Below are positions 27,687 to 35,336 of a DNA stretch of 64,000 nt, one piece after another. Every line of letters starts with the position of its first letter. Position 1 is the stretch's first letter. The notes below the pieces were generated by a model, which had not been told where the DNA came from, did not search any database, and saw only the letters and a program-made list of their open reading frames with translations. Origin of the DNA: Kiritimatiellia bacterium (GTDB taxonomy: Bacteria > Verrucomicrobiota > Kiritimatiellia > RFP12 > UBA1067); assembly GCA_028700415.1 (NCBI GenBank), contig JAQVSS010000002.1, positions 2,323 to 66,322 of the forward strand. Reading direction: 5' to 3'. A program made the position numbers and the translations under genes.

Positions 27687-28496
27687 TTGCGCGTTACGGT
27701 TTACTATCTCCCCGTGTTCAAATTTGACCTCCATATCCACTCTTGCCTTTCCCCCTGCGGTGACTTGGACGCTTCGCCGTCCGCGATCGTACGGGCCGCG
27801 AAACGTGCCGGGCTGGACGGCATCATGATCGCCGATCACAACTCGTCCCGCAACAGTCCGGCGCTGGCCGAAGCTTGCCGCCGTGAAGCCTTCCGATGCC
27901 TGTTCGGCATGGAAGTCACCACCGCCGAGGAAGTTCACTGCCTCGCCGTTTTCGATACGCTTGGGCAGGCTGCCGCCATGACCGAGACCTGTTACAACGC
28001 ATTGCCAAAGCGCGTGAACCCCCCCGATGTTTTCGGTTACCAGGCGGTCGTGGATGCGGACGAGAACGTTCAAGAATTGGAGTGGCGCCTGCTGGGTGCG
28101 CCCACCCGCCTGACCATACGGGAGACGGGCGAGTGCGTTCACCGGATGGGCGGGGTGTTTATCGCCGCGCACATCGACCGTCCGGTTTTCAGTGTCACGT
28201 CCCAACTTGGGGGACTCTCCGGCGGCGAGGGGTTTGATGCGGTGGAACTGAGCCGTCACGCCGACATCGCGGTTTGGCGCGACAAAACCATGGGGCTTCC
28301 CTGCCTCCGTTTTTCGGACGCCCATCAACTGGATGGCATCGGTTCGGCGTGGACAGAGGCAGACCTTTCCGTCTTCTCAACAGCGGCACTTAAAGCCGCC
28401 TTTGCCGGCCGCCGTTTGAGCACGTCGTGCCGTGTTCCCGCTTTTTCCCCTTCTTCAAGCGCTCGGACAGGACACCCGCAAAGCGGGCAGAAATAA
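27687..28496 (+). CDS. PHP-domain metal-dependent phosphoesterase
   Basis: FKFDLHIHSCLSPCGDLDASP...GLDGIMIADHNS...FGMEVTTAEEVHCLAVF...AAHIDR. The start is uncertain (track TTG/GTG 27687, alternative GTG 27714). Divergent from the DRTGG operon and 126 nt upstream of the hydrogenase operon. Confidence 0.75.
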   Translation: MRVTVYYLPVFKFDLHIHSCLSPCGDLDASPSAIVRAAKRAGLDGIMIADHNSSRNSPALAEACRREAFRCLFGMEVTTAEEVHCLAVFDTLGQAAAMTETCYNALPKRVNPPDVFGYQAVVDADENVQELEWRLLGAPTRLTIRETGECVHRMGGVFIAAHIDRPVFSVTSQLGGLSGGEGFDAVELSRHADIAVWRDKTMGLPCLRFSDAHQLDGIGSAWTEADLSVFSTAALKAAFAGRRLSTSCRVPAFSPSSSARTGHPQSGQK

Positions 28497-28622
28497 TTTT
28501 TAAAACACCTCTCTTTGGGCTTGGCATCCCTGTCCCCCTTTTGTCATACTTCTTAGATTATTTTTTTTGGGAACTCCCCTGCCTTGGTACGGTTCGAGGC
28601 CGGGATAACGTGGAGGTAAACC

Positions 28623-29117
28623 GTGAGCAATGCACCGACACCCCCGGCAGGCGTTCAGAAGCTGACACCCGAGCTGAAAGCCTTCATCGCCGAATGGAAA
28701 GAAAAGCCGGGAAACCTGATCATGGTTCTGCATCGGGTGCAACAGTTTTTCGGCTATATTCCGCGTGAAGTGGCGTTCGAAGTGGCTGATCTGCTGGAAA
28801 TCCCGCTGGCAAAAATTTATGGCGTCGTCACATTCTATAACTTCTTCAAATTGAAGAAGCCGGGACGCAATCGTATCCAGGTCTGTATGGGCACCGCGTG
28901 TTACTTGAAAGGCGGCGAGGACATCATTGCGGAACTTGAAGGGATTTTGGGCGTAGGTCTCAACACCGTAACTCCGGACGGCGAGTTTTCGGCCGAAGCC
29001 GTTCGCTGCCTGGGATGTTGCGGGCTGGCACCGGTCATGGTGATCAACGGCGAGGTGTTCGGCAAAGTTAAAACGGAAGCGTTGCAGGGCATCCTTGCCA
29101 AATTCAGGAAAGGGTGA
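28623..29117 (+). CDS. hydC: NuoE-like [2Fe-2S] subunit of NAD(P)H-linked [FeFe] hydrogenase
   Basis: GTG start with GGAGG 6 nt upstream. Thioredoxin-like 2Fe-2S Cys set CMGTACYLKG...CLGCCGLAP. Also LHRVQQFFGYIP and GVVTFYNFF. Confidence 0.88.
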   Translation: MSNAPTPPAGVQKLTPELKAFIAEWKEKPGNLIMVLHRVQQFFGYIPREVAFEVADLLEIPLAKIYGVVTFYNFFKLKKPGRNRIQVCMGTACYLKGGEDIIAELEGILGVGLNTVTPDGEFSAEAVRCLGCCGLAPVMVINGEVFGKVKTEALQGILAKFRKG

Positions 29118-29665
29118 TTCCCGTGCATGCCACTGTCTGTGACACCCTCGCAGATCTGGTGCAGAACTCGATCGAGGCGGGGGCGTCGCGGATTGAACTT
29201 GACGTGTACACGGGGCCGGATGCGATCAGAGCCCGTGTGGCGGACAACGGCAAGGGAATGGATCGTGAGACGCTGCGTAAGGCGAAGGATCCTTTCTATA
29301 GCGAAAGCGGCAAACATAGTCGGCGCCGGGTAGGGCTTGGGCTTCCCTTGCTCTATCAGACCGCAGAGGCGGTCAACGGGAAGGCCGATGTCCAGTCGGC
29401 TCCGGGTAAGGGAACAACAGTGTTTTTCGAGTTTGACGCCAACCATATTGACACTCCGCCGCTGGGCGACCTGCCCGCGACGCTGCTGGGATTGATGACG
29501 TTCGAGGGCGCATATGATCTGATCCTGAAGCGGGAAACGCCAAAGGACGGGTACAAGGTTTCAAGGGGCGAATTGGCCGATGCGCTCGGCAACTTGACGG
29601 AGTCGGCCAACTTGGCTTTGGCCGGCGCCTTTTTGAGATCGCAAGAACAGGGTTTGATGTATTGA
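29114..29665 (+). CDS. Stand-alone GHKL/HATPase_c ATP-binding protein embedded in the hydrogenase operon
   Basis: GTGA overlap with the hydC stop. N box LADLVQNSIEAGA, G1 DNGKGMD, G2 GLGLPLL, then GKGTTVFFEF. No DHp/His-phosphotransfer or sensor domain. 183 aa. Confidence 0.75.
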   Translation: MIPVHATVCDTLADLVQNSIEAGASRIELDVYTGPDAIRARVADNGKGMDRETLRKAKDPFYSESGKHSRRRVGLGLPLLYQTAEAVNGKADVQSAPGKGTTVFFEFDANHIDTPPLGDLPATLLGLMTFEGAYDLILKRETPKDGYKVSRGELADALGNLTESANLALAGAFLRSQEQGLMY

Positions 29666-29686
29666 AGAGGATGAAGGAACCAAAAC

Positions 29687-30076
29687 ATGGCTAAATTGAC
29701 ACTGAACGATTTGCGCAAATTGCGTGATGAAAAACAGAAGACAATGGCAAAGCGCGACCCCTCCCATAAGGATGCGCAGATCATTGTTGGCATGGGCACC
29801 TGCGGTATCGCGGCAGGCGCAAAAGAGACGTTTAACGCGATCATCGATGAGCTGGACGCAAAAGGCATCACCCATGTGCTGGTCCGCCAGACCGGCTGCA
29901 TGGGGCTCTGCCATTCCGAGCCGACGGTCGAGGTGATTGCCCCGAACATGCCCGTCGTGATTTACGGCAACGTGGACGCTGAGACCGGACGGCAGATCGT
30001 TCATGCGCACATCATCGGCAAGACACTCGTCGACAACCATATTTGCGACAAACCAGCAATGGACATTGTCCGCTAA
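29687..30076 (+). CDS. Thioredoxin-like [2Fe-2S] ferredoxin (HndB-like)
   Basis: IIVGMGTCGIAAGA...RQTGCMGLCHSEPTVEV. 129 aa. Sits between the GHKL gene and hydB. Confidence 0.8.
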   Translation: MAKLTLNDLRKLRDEKQKTMAKRDPSHKDAQIIVGMGTCGIAAGAKETFNAIIDELDAKGITHVLVRQTGCMGLCHSEPTVEVIAPNMPVVIYGNVDAETGRQIVHAHIIGKTLVDNHICDKPAMDIVR

Positions 30077-30093
30077 CCGGGGAAACAAACATC

Positions 30094-31881
30094 ATGGGTT
30101 ATAAACAGTACATTCTGGTCTGTGGCGGGACGGCGTGCGAATCCAATCAGGGCATCGCGCTCTTCAACGCGCTGAAAAGCGCCGTCATATCAAACGGGTT
30201 GGTCAACGACGTTCAGGTTGTGCGTACCGGCTGTCTGGGGTTTTGCGAGAAGGGCCCCATCGTCAAAATTCTTCCCCAAGACACGTTTTACGTTGAGGTG
30301 AAACCCGAAGACGCCGAAACCATTGTCAAAGAGCACATCGTTAAAGGCCGCGTCGTCTCGCGTCTGCTCTACGATAAGAAGCAGAGCCAGATCAATGTCG
30401 GGATTGAGGGCATCGATTTTTATCAGAAACAGTTCCGCATCGTGTTGCGCAACTGCGGCGTCATCGATCCTGATAAAATCGACGAGTATATCGCGCGCGA
30501 TGGCTACAAGGCGCTCGAAAAAGTGCTCTTTACGATGAAGCCGCAGGAGGTGGTCGACGAGGTCTCCAAGTCCGGCCTCCGCGGGCGCGGCGGTGCAGGC
30601 TTCCCCACCGGCAAGAAATGGTCGTTCGCGGCCGCGCAGCCCGCCGGACAGAAGTACATGGTCTGCAATGCCGATGAGGGCGATCCGGGCGCCTACATGG
30701 ACCGGTCGACGCTAGAGGGCGACCCTCATTCCGTTCTGGAAGCCATGACCATCGCCGGTTACGCGATCGGCGCCGACAAGGGTTTCATCTATATCCGCGC
30801 GGAATATCCGCTCGCGATCCAGCGTCTCGAGACGGCCATCGCCCAGTCCAGGGAATATGGGTTGCTCGGGAAAGACATTCTGGGCAGCGGGTTCTCTTTC
30901 GAAATAGAGATCCGTCTCGGCGCGGGCGCGTTTGTGTGCGGCGAAGAGACCGCCCTGCTTGCTTCGATTGAAGGCAAGCGAGGCATGCCGAAACCACGGC
31001 CGCCCTTCCCGGCCGTCAAAGGCCTCTGGGGGTGCCCCACAGTCATTAACAACGTCGAGACGCTGGCCAACATCCCCGTTATCTTAACCAAGGGCGGCCT
31101 GTGGTTCAGCAAGATCGGCACGGCGACCTCCAAGGGAACCAAGGTCTTCGCCCTCACCGGCAAGATCAACAACTCCGGGCTCATCGAGGTGCCGATGGGC
31201 ACCACGCTGCGCGAGATCATCTTCGACATTGGCGGCGGTATCCGCAACGGCAAGGCCTTCAAAGCGGCCCAGACCGGCGGCCCCTCGGGCGGCATGATCC
31301 CCCCGCAGTTTCTCGATACCCCGATCGATTACGAAAACCTTGGGAAGATCGGATCGATCATGGGCTCGGGCGGGCTCATTGTCATGGACGAGGACGACTG
31401 CATCCCCAACATCGCCAAGTTCTATCTCGACTTCACGGTGGACGAGTCCTGCGGAAAGTGCGCGCCCTGCCGCATCGGTGGGCGCAAACTGCTGGATTAC
31501 CTCAAAAAAATCTGCAACGGCGATGGCACCAATGCGGACATTGAGAATATGCAGGAAATCAGCGAAGCCATGGCTCGCGCTTCCCTGTGCGGACTCGGTC
31601 AGACGGCATCGAACCCCGTCAAGTCCAGCCTGCGTTATTTCATGGACGAGTACAAAGAGCACATCGACGAAAAGAAGTGCCGTGCCGGAAAATGCAAGAA
31701 CCTGCTTCGCTACACCATCGATGCGGCGAAGTGTGTCGGTTGTACCGCCTGCGCCCGGGTTTGTCCGGCTAACGCCATCGCCGGTGAACGCAAGCAGCCG
31801 CATGTGATTGATAAAACGAAGTGCATCAAGTGCGGCCAGTGCTTTGAGGTCTGCAAGTTCCACGCCGTCAATCGCGCATAA
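30094..31881 (+). CDS. hydB: NuoF-like flavoprotein subunit of [FeFe] hydrogenase (FMN/NAD(P)H-binding, multiple Fe-S clusters)
   Basis: Start at ATG 30094 (MGYKQYILVCGGTACESNQG, an N-terminal 2Fe-2S domain). GLRGRGGAGFPTGKKW (FMN). VCNADEGDPGAYMDR (NADH). ESCGKCAPCRIG (N3 cluster). C-terminal 2x[4Fe-4S]: CVGCTACARVCP, CIKCGQCFEVC. Confidence 0.92.
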   Translation: MGYKQYILVCGGTACESNQGIALFNALKSAVISNGLVNDVQVVRTGCLGFCEKGPIVKILPQDTFYVEVKPEDAETIVKEHIVKGRVVSRLLYDKKQSQINVGIEGIDFYQKQFRIVLRNCGVIDPDKIDEYIARDGYKALEKVLFTMKPQEVVDEVSKSGLRGRGGAGFPTGKKWSFAAAQPAGQKYMVCNADEGDPGAYMDRSTLEGDPHSVLEAMTIAGYAIGADKGFIYIRAEYPLAIQRLETAIAQSREYGLLGKDILGSGFSFEIEIRLGAGAFVCGEETALLASIEGKRGMPKPRPPFPAVKGLWGCPTVINNVETLANIPVILTKGGLWFSKIGTATSKGTKVFALTGKINNSGLIEVPMGTTLREIIFDIGGGIRNGKAFKAAQTGGPSGGMIPPQFLDTPIDYENLGKIGSIMGSGGLIVMDEDDCIPNIAKFYLDFTVDESCGKCAPCRIGGRKLLDYLKKICNGDGTNADIENMQEISEAMARASLCGLGQTASNPVKSSLRYFMDEYKEHIDEKKCRAGKCKNLLRYTIDAAKCVGCTACARVCPANAIAGERKQPHVIDKTKCIKCGQCFEVCKFHAVNRA

Positions 31882-31900
31882 TTTGAAAGGTCTTTTCTTT

Positions 31901-33655
31901 ATGGCTAACATGGTTCAACTCGAAATCAACGGCATCCCGGTCGAGGTTCCAGCCGGAACAACGATCCTGAACGCCGCCAAATCGGTCCACGTCAAGATTC
32001 CCACGCTCTGCTATCACCCGGATCTCAAGCCGTGGGCAGCCTGCGGCATCTGCGTCGTAAGGACGGCCGGATCACCCAAGCTGCTGCGTGCCTGCTGCAC
32101 GGAAGTCGCGCCAGGCATGAAGATCACAACGCACGATTCGGACATCGTCCGCGTGCGCCGCACGGTGTTGGAGCTGATCCTGTCCAATCACCCGAACGAC
32201 TGCCTGCAGTGCCCGCGGAACGGCGTATGCGAACTGCAGAAGCTCGCCGCGGACTTCGGTATCCGCGAGAATCCTTTCCCGAGCGATGTGCCGTCTCTTC
32301 CGGTCGATAACTCCACGCCCTCCATCGTGCTCAACCCCGAGAAGTGCATCAAGTGCGGCCGCTGTACCCAGGTCTGCCAGCAGATGCAGAACGTTTGGGC
32401 GCTTGAGTTCATCGGGCGCGGCGAAAAGACCCGTATGGCGCCTGCAGCCGACGTCACCCTCAATGAGTCCCCGTGCATCAAGTGCGGCCAGTGCAACGCT
32501 CACTGTCCGGTCGGCGCCATTTACGAGAAGGATCAGACCCGTGAGGTGTGGAACGCCCTGCGGGATGAGAATAAGTACTGCGTGGTTCAAATCGCTCCGG
32601 CCGTGCGTGTCGCCATTGGCGAGGCCTTCGGCTTGCCGCCCGGCACGCTGATGACGGGGGAGACCTATGCGGGTTTGCGCCGGCTCGGCTTTAAGGCCGT
32701 CTTCGACACCAACTATAGTGCCGACGTGACCATCATGGAAGAAGGCTCGGAGTTTATCAAGCGCTTCACACAGGGCAGCAAGTTGCCCCTGATCACCTCC
32801 TGTTGTCCATCATGGACCGACTGGATGGAGAAATACGCCCAGGACTTCATGGAGAACTTCTCCACGGCCAAGTCCCCGCAGCAGATGTTGGGGGTGCTCT
32901 CGAAAACGTATTACGCCGAGAAAATGGGAATTGATCCGGCCAAGATTTTCATGGTTTCAGTCATGCCCTGCACCGCCAAGAAATATGAGATCTCGCGCAG
33001 CGAGACCATGTTTGCCAGCGGACACCAGGATGTTGACGTCGTGCTCACTACCCGCGAGTTGGCCCGCATGTTCAAGAGTTCGGGCATCGATTTCATCAAC
33101 CTCGAGAAAGAAGAAGCCGACTCGATCCTTGGCCACTATACAGGCGCCGGAACAATCTTTGGCGTCACCGGCGGTGTGATGGAAGCGGCTTTGCGAACGG
33201 CTTATTGCCTGATCACCGGCGAAGCTCAGCCCCCCTCGATCAATTTCGAAGCCGTCCGCGGCATGGAAGGCGTCAAAGAGGCAACGATCGACATCAAAGG
33301 CATACCCGTCAAGATTGCCGTCGCACATCAGATGGGTAACGTCGAGCAGGTGCTTGATGCCATCCGCGGAGACCGCAAAGCGGGCCGTAAACCCCGCTAT
33401 GATTTCATCGAGGTCATGGCGTGCCGCGGTGGCTGCATCGGCGGCGGCGGGCAGCCGACGGGCGCTACGGATGATGTGCGCAAGGCCCGCACGGCCGGCA
33501 TTTACACGGACGACGAGAAGTGTGTGCTCCGCATGTCGCACCTCAACCCGCAGGTTCAGAAGCTCTACGCCGACTATTTGGGCAAGCCGCTCAGCGAGAA
33601 GGCTCACAAGCTTCTGCATAACCATTACCACCCGAAGAAGATCTACGCAAAGTAA
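31901..33655 (+). CDS. hydA: [FeFe]-hydrogenase catalytic subunit (multi-cluster, HydA/HndD type)
   Basis: Start at ATG 31901 (MANMVQLEINGIPVEVPAGTTIL). N-terminal 2Fe-2S and His-ligated cluster region (CYHPDLKPWAACGICVV; HPNDCLQCPRNGVCELQ). Two 4Fe-4S motifs (CIKCGRCTQVC; CIKCGQCNAHCP). H-cluster motifs TSCCPSW, MPCTAKKYE, EVMACRGGCIGGGGQP. C-terminal small-subunit-like tail. Confidence 0.95.
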   Translation: MANMVQLEINGIPVEVPAGTTILNAAKSVHVKIPTLCYHPDLKPWAACGICVVRTAGSPKLLRACCTEVAPGMKITTHDSDIVRVRRTVLELILSNHPNDCLQCPRNGVCELQKLAADFGIRENPFPSDVPSLPVDNSTPSIVLNPEKCIKCGRCTQVCQQMQNVWALEFIGRGEKTRMAPAADVTLNESPCIKCGQCNAHCPVGAIYEKDQTREVWNALRDENKYCVVQIAPAVRVAIGEAFGLPPGTLMTGETYAGLRRLGFKAVFDTNYSADVTIMEEGSEFIKRFTQGSKLPLITSCCPSWTDWMEKYAQDFMENFSTAKSPQQMLGVLSKTYYAEKMGIDPAKIFMVSVMPCTAKKYEISRSETMFASGHQDVDVVLTTRELARMFKSSGIDFINLEKEEADSILGHYTGAGTIFGVTGGVMEAALRTAYCLITGEAQPPSINFEAVRGMEGVKEATIDIKGIPVKIAVAHQMGNVEQVLDAIRGDRKAGRKPRYDFIEVMACRGGCIGGGGQPTGATDDVRKARTAGIYTDDEKCVLRMSHLNPQVQKLYADYLGKPLSEKAHKLLHNHYHPKKIYAK

Positions 33656-33669
33656 TGGACCTTTTACAA

Positions 33670-33711
33670 CGCGAAGGGGCCTGGCATTCGCCAGGCCCCT
33701 TCGCGTTTTTA
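33670..33711 (+). terminator. Rho-independent terminator of the hydrogenase operon
   Basis: Perfect 16-bp stem CGCGAAGGGGCCTGGC / GCCAGGCCCCTTCGCG (33670-33685 / 33690-33705), 4-nt loop ATTC, then TTTTT (33706-33710). Begins 15 nt after the hydA stop. Confidence 0.9.
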
Positions 33712-33831
33712 TGTCGAGTGGGGAAAAATGCGGAAAAATGTCCGCAAATGGGTTGTGCTCAGGCTTGTTCTTTGAACAAGGGAAAGGTAAACTACCTTCC
33801 AATCCGTTTGTAGTTTCATGAGGAGTTTTTA

Positions 33832-35145
33832 ATGTCTGTCCGCGTCCGTTTTGCACCCAGTCCCACCGGTAACGTCCACATCGGCAATATCCGCGCCGCA
33901 ATTTTCAACTGGTTGTTTGCCCGTCACGAAGGAGGCAAGTTTCTGTTGCGTGTGGAGGACACCGACCTGGCGCGTTCCACCAAAGAGGCCATTGACACCC
34001 TGTTGGAATGCATGGCGTGGTTGGGCCTCGACTATGACGAACAGGTGGTTTATCAGAGCCGGAGAATAGAACGGCATCTGGCGGTGGCTGACGAACTGAT
34101 CCGCAAGGGGTTTGCGTACCGCGACAACAAAGGCGGGGGGGGGGAGTGCGTCATTTTCCGTATGCCCAAAGAGGGGCGTTTGGAATACACCGATCTCGTG
34201 AAGGGCGCAATCAGAAAAAAGGCCGAGGACACTCAGGATTTCGTGATCGTGCGCTCAGACGGGACACCGGTCTTTCATCTCTCCAACGTTGTGGATGATA
34301 TCGACATGGAGATCACACATGTGATCCGCGGCGACGACCATGTGGAAAACACCTTCAAACACATCGGGCTATTCAAGGCGGTCGGCGCGCCGGTCCCGCA
34401 TTACGCGCATCTGCCGATGATCGTAAACAACCAAGGTAAGCCCTACTCAAAGCGTGACGGCGCCGCTTTCGTGGGCGAGTTCAAAGAGCAAGGGTATTTA
34501 CCTGACGCGCTTTTTAACTTTCTGCTGCTGCTCGGTTGGGCACCGGGCGACGACCGTGAAGTGCTGACGCGCGAAGAAATGATCGCCTTGTTCACGCTCG
34601 ACCGCTGTAAATCCAGCGCTGCGCGTTTCGATATCAAAAAACTGGTGTGGATGAACGGCGAGTATATCCGCAGTCAACCGCGCGATGTGTTTGAAGCCGA
34701 GTTCATTGCGCGCGTTCGTGCGGCTGACCTTTCCGTTGAGGGGACGAATCTGCCGGGGATTATGGAGCACATGCAGGTCCGCACAAAGTTCTACTCAGAA
34801 ATACCCGCTTCGTGCGCCTATTTTTTCACGGAGGACTATGCATTTGACGCGAAAGGAGTGGCAAAACGCCTGAAGGCCGATGGCATCCCTGCGCTGCTGG
34901 ATGAGGTGGCGGAAAAATTCGCGGCTTTGCCCGTTTTCGATATGCAGACCACACACGACGTGCTGACGGCGATGGGCGAAGCCCGCAACTCGGGGTTGGG
35001 CGCAATGGTTCATCCCGTGCGTGTGGCGGTTTCCGGGTTGACTGAGGGGCCGGGGCTGTTCGAGATGCTCGCGCTGCTCGGGCGCGACAAGGTCTGCGCG
35101 CGTCTGCGCACTGTGGCAAACAAATTGCGTAACGGCACCCTATAA
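33832..35145 (+). CDS. gltX: Glutamyl-tRNA synthetase (short form, 437 aa)
   Basis: VRFAPSPTGNVHIGNIRAA (HIGH motif), LLRVEDTDLARS, HLSNVVDDIDMEITHVIRGDDH, and the KMSKS variant GKPYSKRDG. Confidence 0.9.
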   Translation: MSVRVRFAPSPTGNVHIGNIRAAIFNWLFARHEGGKFLLRVEDTDLARSTKEAIDTLLECMAWLGLDYDEQVVYQSRRIERHLAVADELIRKGFAYRDNKGGGGECVIFRMPKEGRLEYTDLVKGAIRKKAEDTQDFVIVRSDGTPVFHLSNVVDDIDMEITHVIRGDDHVENTFKHIGLFKAVGAPVPHYAHLPMIVNNQGKPYSKRDGAAFVGEFKEQGYLPDALFNFLLLLGWAPGDDREVLTREEMIALFTLDRCKSSAARFDIKKLVWMNGEYIRSQPRDVFEAEFIARVRAADLSVEGTNLPGIMEHMQVRTKFYSEIPASCAYFFTEDYAFDAKGVAKRLKADGIPALLDEVAEKFAALPVFDMQTTHDVLTAMGEARNSGLGAMVHPVRVAVSGLTEGPGLFEMLALLGRDKVCARLRTVANKLRNGTL

Positions 35146-35165
35146 ACGAGTAAAAAGGAGAAGGA

Positions 35166-35336
35166 ATGAATGTGATGGCAAGCACACTCTGGTCACAGAC
35201 ATGGCTGGTGGTTTTGTTGGGAATGTTGAGCGTGTTCGTGTTTTTATTCGTCGTTGTTCTCGGATTGCGCGTGATGTCCTACTTTGTCAATCCCGCTTCA
35301 CGGCAGCCCCAGATTGGTAAGGAGGGGTGCAAATGA
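35166..35336 (+). CDS. OadG-like small single-TM subunit of a Na+-translocating decarboxylase
   Basis: 56-codon ORF below the track cut-off: MNVMASTLWSQTWLVVLLGMLSVFVFLFVVVLGLRVMSYFVNPASRQPQIGKEGCK. GGA-rich RBS upstream. Its stop overlaps the next gene's start (ATGA 35333-35336). Position and TM pattern match gamma subunits that precede OadB-type genes. Confidence 0.55.
   Translation: MNVMASTLWSQTWLVVLLGMLSVFVFLFVVVLGLRVMSYFVNPASRQPQIGKEGCK

Noticed and set aside
28522-28546. TGGCAT...TTGTCA upstream of the hydrogenase operon, considered as a sigma54 (-24/-12) promoter
   Set aside because: The GG and GC elements are not at the required spacing. The position 12 nt after GG reads CC and there is no TTGC at -12. 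I therefore make no sigma54 call. I also found no convincing Rex-type TTGTGAA-N6-TTCACAA operator in 27583-27713 or 28497-28622.
28591-28601. GGTTCGAGGCC, resembling a tRNA T-loop
   Set aside because: The flanks cannot form a T-stem longer than 3 bp, and there is no acceptor, D or anticodon arm. It lies in the hydC 5' leader next to the RBS. It is not a tRNA.
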